Part shown: one piece after another, positions 23,351 to 35,689 of the stretch
Layout: each line of letters begins with the position of its first letter
Numbering within the stretch: the stretch's first letter is position 1
Assembly (NCBI RefSeq): GCF_016433145.1
Contig: NC_058130.1
Coordinates: 417,088,228 to 417,152,227, forward strand
DNA from: Gracilinanus agilis
Lineage: Eukaryota
DNA: 64,000 bases
Direction of reading: 5' to 3'
Notes under the pieces: model-generated
The model's database searches: none
What the model saw: only the letters and a program-made list of their open reading frames with translations
Told to the model about the DNA's origin: nothing
Translations under genes and position numbers: made by a program

Positions 23351-25897
23351 ATATGGAAGGATTTTGGTTTCTAATCCACTTTGCTATTTGCTTCCATTTT
23401 ATGGGCAAGTTCATCCTATTAACAGTCAGAGTTATAATTATCAGTTGTGTGTTCACTGACATTTTGGTATCCTCTCCTAGTTCTACACCTTCTTCTTATG
23501 CTATTTCCTTTTAAACCAGTGGTTTGTTTTAAACAAGTCCCTCTTGTACCCTCCCTTGGTTTATTTCCCTTTCTACCCCTCTCCCTTATTATTACCCTCT
23601 TTTTATTTTTAAGGACTAATAAATTCCTTCCCCTCTCTACTCCCCTCCTTTTTTGACCTCCCCACTCCCCACTCCCCTGCTCTCCTTGGTTTATCCCTTC
23701 TGACTTTCTCAGTAGGGTTAAATAGGATTCTATATCCCAATGGATACAGCTACTCTTCCCTCTCAGGGTTAATTCCACTAAGAGTAAGGTTTAAATATTA
23801 CCTCTTAATGCTCTCTTCTTCTTCTTATAATAGTATTTATCCCCTCTCATTCCCATGCCCTCTTTGTGTGTAATAGAATATCCTATTTTTCTTATTCATT
23901 CAAGTTTCTCTTGGTGTCATCTACTATTTACCGCCTTCTTTCTTCCCCCCATATCATCTTAGACCATTTAGTACTCCAACCTCTCCCTATGAATAATTCT
24001 TCTAATTACTATAATAGTGAATACAGTTTTTGAAAATTACACATAACATTTCTCCATATAGGAGTACAAATAATTTGATCTTATTGAAGCCTTTAAAGAG
24101 GAAAATTTAAAAATAAGAGTTTTCCTTCTTTCCCCTGTTTCTTATTTATCTTTTCATGTTTCTCTTGGTTTTTGTGGTTGAATATCAAACTTTCCATTTA
24201 ATCCTGGTCTTTTCTGTGCAAATACTTGAAAATCTTCTGTCCTGTTGAATGCCCATACTTTCCCCTGGAAGTATATAGTCTATTTTGATGGGTTGGTGAT
24301 CTTTGGTTGTAGACCGAGTTCTCTTGACTTTCTGAATATCATATTCCAAGCCTTGGGGTCTTTTAGTGTGGAGGCTGCCAGGTCCTGTGTGATCCTGATT
24401 GGTGCTCCTTAATATCTGAATTTTCTCTTTCTGGCTTCTTTTCTTTTACTTAGAAGCTCTTGAATTTGGCTATTATATTACTGGGAATTGTCTTTTGAGG
24501 GCTTAGGGTAGAGGGTGATCTATGGATCCTTTCAATGTCTATTTTGCCCTCTTATTGAAGAACATCAGGGCAGTTTACTTGGATAATTTCTTTTAGTATG
24601 GAGTCCAAATTTCTATTAATGTCTGCTTTTTCAGGAAGACCAATGATTCTCAAATTGTCTCTTCTAGACCTGTTTTCTTGATCTATCATTTTCTTAGTGA
24701 GATATTTCATGTTTCCTTCTATTTTATCAGTCTTTTGACTTTACTTTATTAGTTCTTGCTGTTTTGAGAGATAATTGGCTTCTACTTGCCCAATTCTGGC
24801 TTTTAGAGACTGGTTTTCTGCTATAATATTTTGATTTTCCTTTTCGATTTGGTCTTTTCTGTTTTTCATGGTTTCCTTCTGTGTAATTATTCTTTTGTTG
24901 GATTTCTGGGCATCTTTCTCCAATTGGGAGTTTTTGTCTTTTAACCTGTTAATTTCCTTTTGAGCTATTTCCCAGTTTTCTTGTCAGATCTCTTCCATCT
25001 TTCTCATGATCTCAGATTTGAACTCTTCAAGAGCTTGTGACCAAATTTCATACTTTTGGGAAGGCTTGGATGTGATTGTTTTTTCTCCTCTGCTGTTTGC
25101 TCTGTTTTCTGGATTTTTTCTGTGTAAAAGTTGTCAAGTGTTAAAGATTTCTTCTTGATCTTTGTCTTTGGGGGTTCTTGTGCATGGCTTGCCATTATTA
25201 TTATGCTGTTTTTCTTTCTCAGTCAGAAGTCTGGGTGAGGCAGACAAGTTCTCTGCCTATTGAGCTGTGGAGCAATTTTTGCCTGAGTCACAGTGTTGTG
25301 CAGTCCTCTTAGCTTTATCCTCACTCCCACAGTCTGAGCTCTTTAGGCTCCTGGGGATCTCAAGTCTAGCTGGTCTCAGGGTAAAGCCTCCTGGTGGTCC
25401 CCTTGCTTGCTCCTCTGCCCAAGGCTCCTTTAACAGTCTCAGGGTGCTGCTTCCACAGTCATGTACCCCTCTGCACGGGGTCCCCACCTAAGGTCCGCAC
25501 CTATGTCAAGGTCAGCATTCAAAGTCTGCATTCTTTAGCCTCTTGGGGTCTTAAGTCTTGCTGCTTTCAGGAGCAGGTCCTGGTGATCCAACGAAGCTGC
25601 CAAGAACTTAATGAATGCCCCAAACTTGCTCTAATTCTTGTGCCCTGGCTTTGGCACTGTAGGTGGTGTGTGTGTGTGTGGGGGGGTGTTGCTCAGCTCA
25701 CATTTTAGTGAGAGCTATTTCACCCCCTTATAGCATGGAAATGCTCAAATCCCACATACCTTCAATGCTGCACCCTGTTGTGGGGTCACTTCATTCATCT
25801 GGATTTGGTTTTTGTGTCCTCTTGAGGAGTCATATATATGTGGATTAGGAGAAGTTAAGCCCACTGCTTCTATTATGCAGCCATCTTAACCCAGAAC
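21198..25897 (-). mobile_element. L1 with 5'UTR, ORF1, EN and RT; 3' end absent
   Basis: 5' end motif GCCATCTTAACCCAGAAC. ORF1 pieces at 25004-25195 and 24741-24923. ORF2 pieces at 23028-23330, 22492-22965, 21932-22288, 21388-21780 and 21076-21357. Many stops and frameshifts. Confidence 0.93.
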
Positions 25898-26982
25898 TAG
25901 CTAGTTTCTTTAAAACACTTGTACATTTTTTTCATTCACTGAGTTTTAACCTTTACCATGCCAGGCTGAACAGGGAGCCTGCTCTACCCTAATGCTTGTA
26001 GCAGTTTTCCAAGTGGGCTTTTGGTTGGAATAGACTTCAGCTCATTTCCCTCTTTTTTCCATCTAGCAAATTTAAGCCTATGTAACTAGCCTAAGAATTT
26101 CTCTTGCACATAAATACAACTTGGGAAATAGCAAGTTCAGTATTTGTAGATGCAGGTGTCTGTGAGTTTGGATATGACCCACAGAAATCTAATTGACCCT
26201 GTATGAATGTGTTTAACCAATGTAAAATGCTTTTGATGATCAAATGAATAATTTTTAAGGATTCTTTCAGAGTAGCATAATTCATACCAGTTTAAAAACT
26301 GAAAAAATGGAACAAACAATTACAAAACTGAGACAGAATCAGATCACAAGGGAAATTATTCCTCCCTGCTAAACAAGTGAGTCCCAGACAGAGTAAAATT
26401 TACTCTGAGACTTTCACTGAAAACAAAAAAGAAAAATCCTGAGTTCTTTGTTACTATCTCATAGATGAGAGTAGCCTTCTTTGAGGGAAAACTTTCCTCT
26501 ATATTGTGGGATAAAGTTGAGTACTTACCCAGGTAATCTTCCTCAAAATGAGGGGTGCTTCCAGACAAAGATTTCTTGTTATTTTTGTTTTGTCTAAGTC
26601 CAATTTTAGTTAGTCCATTTTGGTTAGTCCAGTTGAGTTAGAGTTTAATTTAATTTTACTTAGTCCAATCTTCCTCAGAATGAGGGAGCTCTTGGCCAGA
26701 ATACCTTTGTGTGCACACTAAAATACCCCAATTTTTCCTAGATTTTGGAAAAAAGAAAATTTAACACACTATAAATTACAAATAGACCTAAAACCAAGAA
26801 ACCAAGACAAACAAGAAACAGTACACTTAATGGTAAAAGAGCCCACAAAAGGAAGGAAGACTAATAGGAGCCTCCTAAAAGAGATGAAAGTGGGAGAGGA
26901 GTCGAGAACAGGAGGCCTTCAAGGAGGGATTCAGGTATCCCTGGAGGCTCACCTGAAGGTCCCATGACTGGAGTCCAGGTCA

Positions 26983-27000
26983 TAGTCCCAAGGAGTGCCA
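26983..27000 (-). promoter_or_regulatory. Putative primer-binding site
   Basis: Minus strand TGGCACTCCTTGGGACTA directly after the LTR end. The TGG start fits a PBS, but the tRNA cannot be assigned. Confidence 0.5.
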
Positions 27001-27614
27001 TCTTAAAAATAAGATGCTGGGAGATCCTTCTGAGGAAAGATCTGTCTTTACTATGACAGAGAAATCACAGTCAAAGGTCTGCAGTTTTCCTCCCAATTAA
27101 AAAGCTGAGACCCAAATTTTGCAAAACACCCAGACTTTTGTAGTTTCCCATCCTCTTCCCTGTAGGAAGTCCCCAATATTTCTGGTACTTCTCCTGAAAG
27201 TGGGGTTTCTGGTACAGGATTTCTGGAGCAGAATATCCATTGCTCCTCTCAGAACCGAAGCTTCAGGGCAGGATTTCTGGAGCTAGCACTTCTAGTTTCC
27301 AGAGCTCTGTGGCTTCTGGGTGACTTCCTACTTCCTGGGTGAGCTAGCTTGACTAGGGAATGTTATTGAATGGATGGACACACTTATGATTAACAAAGTA
27401 ACTCATTTATATTAATTTAATAACACCAAAATTATTCTAACAATATACACCTTAAGATATAACTCAGGAATTATCCTGGGACTACATTCTTAATCTGGTT
27501 ACATATACAGACTTTTGCTTGAGACCAAATTGTTCCTATACAATCACAGTTACATTTTTAAAAATCACACTCTAAGCATTGATTAAGCTATTAATGATTG
27601 ATTTTCTGGTGACA
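27001..27614 (-). mobile_element. ERV LTR (putative 5' LTR of the provirus)
   Basis: Paralog of 17281-17842 with about 15 differences in the best-aligned ~128 bp by hand. Begins TG on the minus strand and is followed by the PBS-like site. Confidence 0.75.
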
Positions 27615-27986
27615 CAAGGACTGATTTTTTGATTACCTAAATTTAAAATGTTGATAATGAAGATGTGTGTGTATGTGCATTTGAACCTACTTGCTAAGCA
27701 TTTCCCAGCACATTCCTATATTGTTCTATAAATATTGATTTTGTTCAGGTAAGGGATTGTTACCACCAGACAGAAGGCTTAGTGACTGGAGGCTAACAAT
27801 AATTAATAATAATAATAATTACTGATATTTACAAAGTGCTTTAAAGTTAGCAAAGTACTTTACATGTATTAGTTCAATTGGGTCTTACAATATTCTTGGT
27901 AATAAGTTTGGAAAGGTAAGTTTCAAACAACTGAAAAAAATATATCAATATTTGGATATTTTTCAAGTAAAAGGAATTATGCCCAT

Positions 27987-28505
27987 TGTGGGATCCATAT
28001 TGCTAAGAGGGGTTCAAGCTGCAGCATAGAATTCCATAGTGCCCCCCAGAACTCTAAGAGAGGGGGCAGTTAAAGGTTGTTGGAGTGCTGGTATAAAAAG
28101 GCAGGTCACCCTTCTTACAGGGTCCTGGTCCTAATCCTGGTGCTGACTCTTTGCTCTTGGATCTGAGCAGAGGAGCAATCTGTGTAGCTGCTGGAGTCAT
28201 TCAGTCTCTGATAGCCAAATCTATTTTACTTTTGTTAGACCTTCAAGCAATATCACAGTCTACCTTAGTTTAGCTATCAAGGTTTAGAAAGAAGAATATT
28301 TAGAGGCTTAGATAGGAGATTAGCCATTCAAGATACATTTCCCCCTTTAAGGGGAGGGGCTGCTTATTTGACTTAGCTGTTTTAGGTAATTTTCTCCTTA
28401 CCTATCAGTCCTTAGCCATTTCCCCCCTTCCTGTTGCCAATATCATTAAACTCTCATCATCTAGGAACAGTGTCTGGATACAAATAATTTGGGGAAATAC
28501 TCACA
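27987..28505 (+). mobile_element. Solo LTR
   Basis: TG...CA termini, TATAAAAA box, ATTAAA poly(A)-like signal, motif shared with the LTR at 17983. Confidence 0.55.
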
Positions 28506-28879
28506 TCCTCCATAAGCCAAGTTCCTCTTGCTAGTGACTCTGAAGTTGATCCTAACCTCTGAGCTGGTGAGCTTCTAAGACATCAAGCTTCACCTATTCT
28601 ATCCTGTGGCAAAATAATACAGAGAAAGATGTCATCATGAGGAGTTTAGCCTTTCCCCACTTACCATCTTGGCCCAGAAGTTACCAAGCTAGATTATCCA
28701 CCATTACCAAGCTGTTAACTGACTTCCAACTGCTTGAAGGGAGAGGGGAGGTGAAGGAGTACTCCACAAGCTCCTGCCCCTCCCTTCCAGTCAAACCTGC
28801 CTGTGTCTCTCCAAAGACCAGGGATTAGGGAGACTTGATTGTCACTGACCCCTGTCATCTTACAGTTTCCCTAATCCTA

Positions 28880-29095
28880 CACCATGTAGGGCACAGATCA
28901 GTCAACAACAGCTACTACCTAATTCAGGTCTTCATCATCTCTCAGTTGTACTATAGAAAATCTCTTAGCTGTTCCTCCCTTCACAAATGTCTTCCTTCTT
29001 CGATCCAAATTGCTTTCTGTTTTATGCCCACTGCCCCATACAGCTTCTAGTACATACTAGATGATCAATAATTACTTCTTCAAAGATTAATGTTC
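28880..29095 (+). mobile_element. L2 3' fragment
   Basis: CTAATTCAGGTCTTCATCATCTCTCAGTTGTACTAT...TACATACTAGATGATCAATAATTACTT L2-like pattern. Confidence 0.45.
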
Positions 29096-30123
29096 AAGAG
29101 AGTTATAATACAAGAAATAAACATTTTCAAAAAACGAATGAGCACAATTAAAATGATAAAAGCTAAGTTTTCTATTATCTTCTTTGTATTTTGAATTTTG
29201 AAGAGTTTTAATACTTTTTATAACATTTTCCCATATATGCTGTCATTTTCCCATATAGTTCTACCACATACAATAAAGCCACCATTTGTTCAAATAATTA
29301 GATTTAAAATAAATGTATTGATCACATTTGCCAACATATGCCTCAATTTGTTTTTGTTTTATTTTTATTTTTTATTACTGCCCCCCCAAACACACAACAC
29401 AGAAAACATAGAATACGTGACAAAATATATAGTTTATGTCTTTCATGTGACCACTTCTCAGTCCATTCTCTGGAGGTGAACATTCACAAATTATTCTTTA
29501 AATATTAAATATGTAGCTATATATAATGTTCTCCTGGCCCTACTTGTTTCACTCAACATGTAGTTCTTTCCAAGTTTTTTTTTTAATTTTAAATTAATCT
29601 GCTTATCATTTCATAATAGTATACCATCACAATTATATACTACAACTTGTTTAGCCTTTCCCCAATTGATGGACATCTGCCCCATTCCCAGGTATTTGCC
29701 AACACAAAGAAAGTTGCTATAAATATTTTAGAATATACTGATTCTTTCCATTTTTCCATGATCTTAGGATAGACTCAACAATCATATGGCCTGGTCTAAG
29801 ATATATACTTTTATAGCTCTCTGGATATAATTCTAAACTGCTCTCCAAAATGATCTGATAAGTTGTTTAACTAATAGTTTATTAGTGTTTCCACTTTTCC
29901 ACATCCACTGCAACATTTGTCATTTTGCCCTTTTCTCTTTTTAGGCAATCTGATGGGTATGAGGTTATACATTTCATGATGTTTTCCTCTTGTTTACTTA
30001 AAATTTTCTCTCCTATCCATATATATGATAGATAATATGTTACCTACCTTCTAATTTTCTTATGATATCTCCATTTATGTCACTCATGTATTCATTTTGA
30101 TTTTATCTTAGTGAATGGTAAGA

Positions 30124-30324
30124 CAGTGATGGGCAAACTATGGCCTGTTGGTCAGATGTGGACCCCTGAAATGTTCTATCGAGATATGGGACATTATTCC
30201 TCATCTGATGAATACGAGTAGGATACAATACAATGAAACTTCGAAAGACTTGCCTTAGAAACAGACTGACAGATGACCATTTCCTTTCCTTTGGCCCCCT
30301 CTTTAAAAAGTTTGCCCATTACTG
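30124..30324 (-). mobile_element. hAT MITE, same family as 19275-19481, opposite orientation
   Basis: TIRs CAGTGATGGGCAAACT / AGTTTGCCCATTACTG. The interior is the reverse complement of the 19.3 kb copy. Imperfect TSD TGGTAAGA / GTGTAAGA. Confidence 0.88.
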
Positions 30325-30545
30325 GTGTAAGATATTGGTCTATCTTGAATTTCTGCCAAATTGCATTCCAGTTATCCCAACATTTTTTAGCAAATTGTGA
30401 TTTTCTTTTCCCAGTAGCCTGGAAGTATATATATATATATGCATATTTTATCAAATACAAGGTTATTATAATCTTTGTTGTATGTCTGTTCTGTTCCACT
30501 AATTTATCAATTTATCTTTCTTTTTCTTTGAAGTACCAGATAGTT

Positions 30546-30735
30546 GTTTTTTTTTTTAAACCCTTGTACTTTTCGGTGTATTGTCTCATAGGTGGAAGAT
30601 TGGTAAGGGTGGGCAATGGGGGTCAAGTGACCTGCCCAGGGTCACACAGCTGGGAAGTGGCTGAGGCCGGGTTTGAACCTAGGACCTCCTGTCTCTAGGC
30701 CTGACTCTCACTCCACTGAGCTACCCAGCTGCCCC
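30546..30735 (-). mobile_element. Young SINE1_Mdo-type SINE
   Basis: Full body, poly(A), TSD CCAGATAGTT at 30536-30545 and 30736-30745. Confidence 0.92.
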
Positions 30736-30858
30736 CCAGATAGTTTTGATAATTACTGCTTTATGATGCAGATTAAAATCTGGTAATTCTAGTCTTCCTT
30801 TTCATTTTTTTATTAATTCTTTTTGTTATTTTTATTGTTTTTCTTCCAAATGAATTTG

Positions 30859-31420
30859 CTTTCCATTTTCCCAAAGTGGTATTGTGTAAGGAGAAATGTG
30901 TGTAATACTCTTCAAGCCTGGGCTTTCCTCTGTAAATAATCACAAGCACTCATTTCTTTGGAACTGTGACCAGGGTCCCCCTGGGGCTACAAGTGCTGAT
31001 GTGTGCTAGTATACCTTCTTACCCTGAGACTCTGAATCAGCACTGTGACCTGGATCTACATATGGGCAATATGACAATAGTCTAGCACCCAGAGTCACAA
31101 AGTTAATCTCTGCCTGAGCAGTTGCCCATACCTCTCTGACCATTTGTAGCTAAGAGCTTGCTACTGATTCAGCTGCCACTAGACTTGTTGCCACATGGGG
31201 ACCTGTCTAAGCATGTTGCTTTGAGCTCTACTTCCACCCATGTGTAACAGACTTTTTGTGCAGGCCCTCTAAGTTTTTTGGGGCTGAAAAACCATTTCAC
31301 CTCATCTTCTTGTAGATTATGCTATTCCATAATTCATAATTATATCATAGTCACTTAGAGGGTATTTCACTAGAGATCAGATGGGTCTATATACCTTCTT
31401 CACCATCTTGGCTCTACCCT
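30859..31420 (-). mobile_element. Old L1 5'UTR-like segment
   Basis: Ends CCATCTTGGCTCTACCC (L1 5' terminus motif). Shares CTGTGACC/GGATCT motifs with 13.8 kb. Confidence 0.45.
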
Positions 31421-32068
31421 TGTTATAAGGAAGGAGAGGATTTGAGCATATGAGCAGGATCTGCAGAGGAGATGCAGATGCAGGGAAAAGATTCTAGAAT
31501 GTGGGAGTGGAAGAAGGGAGAAAGTTACTGGGTTTGGAGCTGCACCTTTTCTCTGGGTTTGATCTGATGAGACTGACTACTTTTCCTTTGGCTGTTTCTA
31601 CCTTGTCTTTCCCATCTACCTGCTTCCCTGCTGACTGGTTGATACATCCACTGAGCTTCCTGGTGTGATCCTGAACCATTTGGGCCATCTTTCTGTAAGA
31701 ATTAGGTTTGGGATCCTTCTAGATCCAGAACCTCTCCCTGGGCCCTGTCCTGCCTGACTGCCAAAACTCACTACCTCTATTATCATCAAAAGCGGCTTTG
31801 GGGTTAGTATAGGTTTTATCTATATTAGGGACTGGGCCTGCAGACAGATAAGTAAGGATCAGAGTAGCTCAATTTCTGAGAAGACTCTTGATAACAAGAC
31901 ATAGATTTGGGGGGAGGTTTAGTTAATTGTTATTAGCTTAGGATTATCAAAATCCCCTTTTCACCTTCCCTTGTTATAATAAAACAAACATCCCTGTTAT
32001 ATATTGGTCTGTGTTTGTTACCTCAGTACAGACTCAACCTACTGACACCGGTTCTGTTGGCCTTCACA
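31421..32068 (+). mobile_element. Solo LTR
   Basis: TGTTA...TTCACA termini, AATAAA near 31978, purine-rich U3-like start. Confidence 0.55.
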
Positions 32069-32069
32069 A

Positions 32070-33235
32070 AACAGTTTAATCTTCTGATACTGGCCTAAAT
32101 AAACATCTAATCCCATTCTCAAAACCCATTGCCACTTCTAATTCTGAATGAATTATTTTCTTCTGTGAGTTTTTGGATCGATTTTCCCCATTGGGCGATC
32201 TTTCTTTAGTTATTTTCTTGATTTTCTTGCATTGTTCTTATTTTTTCCTAATTATTCCTCAACATCTCTCATTTGTTTTTTGGTTTTTAAAGCTCCTCCA
32301 AATATTCTTTATGGACTTGTGAGCATTTTGTAGGTTTTTGTTTGTTTGGTTTTTTTTTGAGGTTTTAGGCTTTTTTGTTGTTGTTTTTGTTTTTAACATT
32401 GCTATCCTCCAAATTTAAGTCCAGGTCTTTTCTTTTCTTTTAATAACTGTCTATAGTTGGTTTACTCATTTTTTTCTTTCAAATTAGCAGCCAAACCAAT
32501 AGACTTAACTTTTGTTTTGTGTTTGAGTTAGTATCTGTATGGGGGATGATGACTCATGTTTCAGAATTTCTTGCATTTGTTATTTCCTGGGCCCTACCTA
32601 GTTCTTCCCATTTTTATGATACAGGTGTAGTCCCTGTACCCCACTGGCTCAAATACCAGTCGATGATTGAACTCAGATGGAGCCCCATTCCAGTAGTTCT
32701 ACCACAGTAAGAAGGCAGCTTGTCTCCCCCCTGGTATAGCAGCCAGGGACTCCCGTCTCCTATGGGTGATGATAGCCAGCAGGGTCCCACATCCTCAGCC
32801 ACTGTATTCACCAATGTGCATTCCCTCGTCAACCCTGAGCTACAAGTGAATGGGGACTTGTGGAGCAGAAGCTATAGTTCACACAGGTACTCCTAGGACT
32901 TGCTGACTGTGGACTATCAGTGTCCACCACTGGGATATAGTCTCCCAAGTCAAGCAGACAAGGTAAGGCTGCCAACTCTGCCCCCTGCCCTCGAGACTTA
33001 TTGATTCTTCAGGGTTTGCTTCTGGGTACTTTGCACCACCAGCTGATGCCAAGGCCAGGGATGCGAGATATCCCTTTCCAAAGTTATTTCTGGTTGCTCT
33101 GTTTCTCTCTTGACTCTTCCATTTTTGCTCTTTTGGTATGGATTCTGTGGAGTTATTCCTGATTGACTGTGGGGAAATTTGGAGATCTTGGCAGTCTCAT
33201 ACCCTACTCTGCCATATTCCCACAATTCCTCCCAC
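32070..33235 (-). mobile_element. Old L1/HAL1-like ORF1 start plus 5'UTR
   Basis: T-rich antisense ORF1-like stretch, then a GC-richer UTR ending ACTCTGCCATATT. Confidence 0.45.
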
Positions 33236-33280
33236 TTTATTCATTTTCAACCTCTAGCTCACCACCTCTCTACTGAGAAG

Positions 33281-33312
<32 letters not shown>

Positions 33313-33360
33313 CGTGTTTGTGTGTACATATATATACACACACATACACATGTATATATA
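33281..33360. repeat. (TA)n/(TG)n/(CA)n compound microsatellite
   Basis: TATATATA...TGTGTGTG...ACACAC. Confidence 0.9.
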
Positions 33361-35114
33361 AATTCTGAAATTCATGTATTAGTGATTGTATATAACACAG
33401 ATAATAATATATAATACATAATATAATTATAGTAATATAATATATATGATAATAATATATAATCATTAATACATGAATTTCAGAATTGGTAATTGATTTG
33501 ATGTCAATCAAATCAACAAACAAAGATTATCATGTGCCAAGCACTGTGTAAATCCTGCTCATACAAAGAAAGGAAGATCATGAAAGCAGCAACTAAACCA
33601 ATTCCTGTCCTCATGGAGTATAATAAGCTCTGATATATTTTAGTCTTATTTTCTTCACATTATTGTGGTTTCTCACACTGGTCTTGCCAATTTTGTCTTC
33701 TCTTTCACCTTCCTTTCACTGTCTCTGAATCACAGGGAATACTTCCCCATTGAACTGCTATTTTTACTTCAACTAAGAGATAATTAGCAGATATTCATTC
33801 TCGCCTTCCTTCCAGGTAGAAAGCTACTGAATTAACAAACATTCAACCTCATAACTTGGAGTAATCATAAAAGGCCAAGACCCTGCCCTCTCACATGAGA
33901 AAGTCATTGTTTGAATTTGCTGAGTTTTCCCCCAATTTCCTAAAACGATGGGCCAAGTAACATTTTAATATTTTGAATACTGTATTTCTTCATTTAAAAG
34001 CCACAACTTTTAATCTAATTACTTCGCTTTATGGCTTTAAATCAAGGAGATCTTTAGGATGAGAGAAGTTCTATTAAATGTAATTGCCCTCCCTGCAGTG
34101 TACATGATAAGGTGCATGCCCAGAGACACAGTGAAGAGAAGGGAATCTAACAAAGGACCACCCAGAAATGTAGTTACAGTGCAAGATGGAGCTTGACTCC
34201 TAATGTCATTATTCTGGTACCTCAGCTTGGAATCATGGATTGCCCTATCCAAAAGAAGATTTTTAACTTTTCTATCAGAGGGAAGAAGCTTTTTAATGTG
34301 TACCCTGTCCCTTCCCCCTGCCTTTCTTTTTTTTCCTCCCCCTTCAGGAAAAAAAATGTTCTACTTTTATACCAAAATAATTCCCTTGAAATAATATAGA
34401 AGATTTTTTTAGAGGCTGTTTATGCTTGGGGTTTTATTGCACCAGCAAAATAGTTTCTCTTTTATGGCTTATCACAGCAGAACAAGGCAAATCCTGCTTA
34501 GCAAAATGTCTCCACATGCCAAATGGCAGGATCTAAGGAACTTTCAGTAAACCAAGAAATCTGATCACTGCTGAGGGCATTTTAATACTTTAAAGTTGAA
34601 GAATAATTAAACCCTTTCTTCCTCACTACCAGTTCTTTCTTAGAGAAATAGTTTATTGAAAATGTGTGATTCCCCTGTATCTGAGAATATTGGTCATACA
34701 GTCGACTCTTAATAAGCATATGTTGATGACTACTCAGTACATAGAACCATGCCATGTGCTATATGAAATCCAAACTGTAGGAAACATACTTAGCCTTGAT
34801 GAGTTTATAGTCCATTTGCAAATATAAAGGCATATAAAATATAAATGAGGATATAAAGAATTATAAAAGATTAATGTTACTAACAACTAATACTATAAGA
34901 ATTTAGATAAGAGACAAATTGTTCTGGACTTGGGTTTTCTTATTTTGACTTATGATATACCTAAAGAGTGTGATGTAGCTGATAAAGAATCTGCCTGAGT
35001 GCCAGGAAAACTAGGGTTCAAGTCCTGCCTGGGACACCTAATGGCTGCACGACCCCAATCAAATCACTTTATATAGAGAAGAACTTAGAAAACTCTTCTA
35101 TAGAATTCTATGTA

Positions 35115-35299
35115 GGGGGCAACTGGGTAGCTCAGTGGATTGAGAGCCAGGACTAGAGACGGGAGGTCCTAGGTTCAAATCTGGCCTCAGACACTTCCCA
35201 GCTGTGTGACCCTGGGCAAGTCACTTGACCCCCATTGCCCACCCTTACCACTCTTCCACTTAGGAGCCAATTCACAGAAGTTAGGGTTTAAAAAAAAAA
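35115..35299 (+). mobile_element. Young SINE1_Mdo-type SINE
   Basis: Full body, poly(A), TSD AGAATTCTATGT (35102-35113) / AGAACTCTATGT (35300-35311). Confidence 0.92.
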
Positions 35300-35689
35300 A
35301 GAACTCTATGTGGCAGAGTAGGAGTGCTTAATAGAAATGAGAATTTGCACATTGGGAATTCCTTATGTCAGTGAAGTCTAGTCCCATCTCACTGCACTGT
35401 TTCCAATCCTTCTGGTTGAGATATCTCAACTTAGCTATCATGTAAGACTTGTTTAAGGGACGTCCTGTCAAAAATATTCTCAGGTTGCTTAGAAAACATA
35501 ACTAAAGACATCCCGTTATAAATAATCTAGTCCAATTTCATTTGACAAGAATGTATATACTTTGTCAAAGGTTGAACATCAATGGGGACCATTACTAGAT
35601 ATCCAATCATGTCCCCTTTGTCACATTTAAAAATTAGTCTTACTAATTTTTGATTATTAAAGATAAGGCAATCACAAAAAACCAGAAAT

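Larger units (their letters stand above)
29250..30858 (-). mobile_element. Old L1 3'UTR plus ORF2 C-terminal region
   Basis: AATGTTCTCCTGG, TTCCCCAATTGATGGACATC, TTCTAAACTGCTCTCCAAAA and TTCTTCCAAATGAATTT L1 motifs. MITE and SINE nested. Confidence 0.7.

Noticed and set aside
26091-26319. Possible Gag matrix remnant (QLDFC, ELAISQVVFMC)
   Set aside because: The position fits, but the similarity is too weak to call by eye. It needs tBLASTn or an HMM search.
34080-34190. Acceptor-like TGCCCTCCCTGCAG followed by a short open frame
   Set aside because: No convincing donor and no recognisable peptide.
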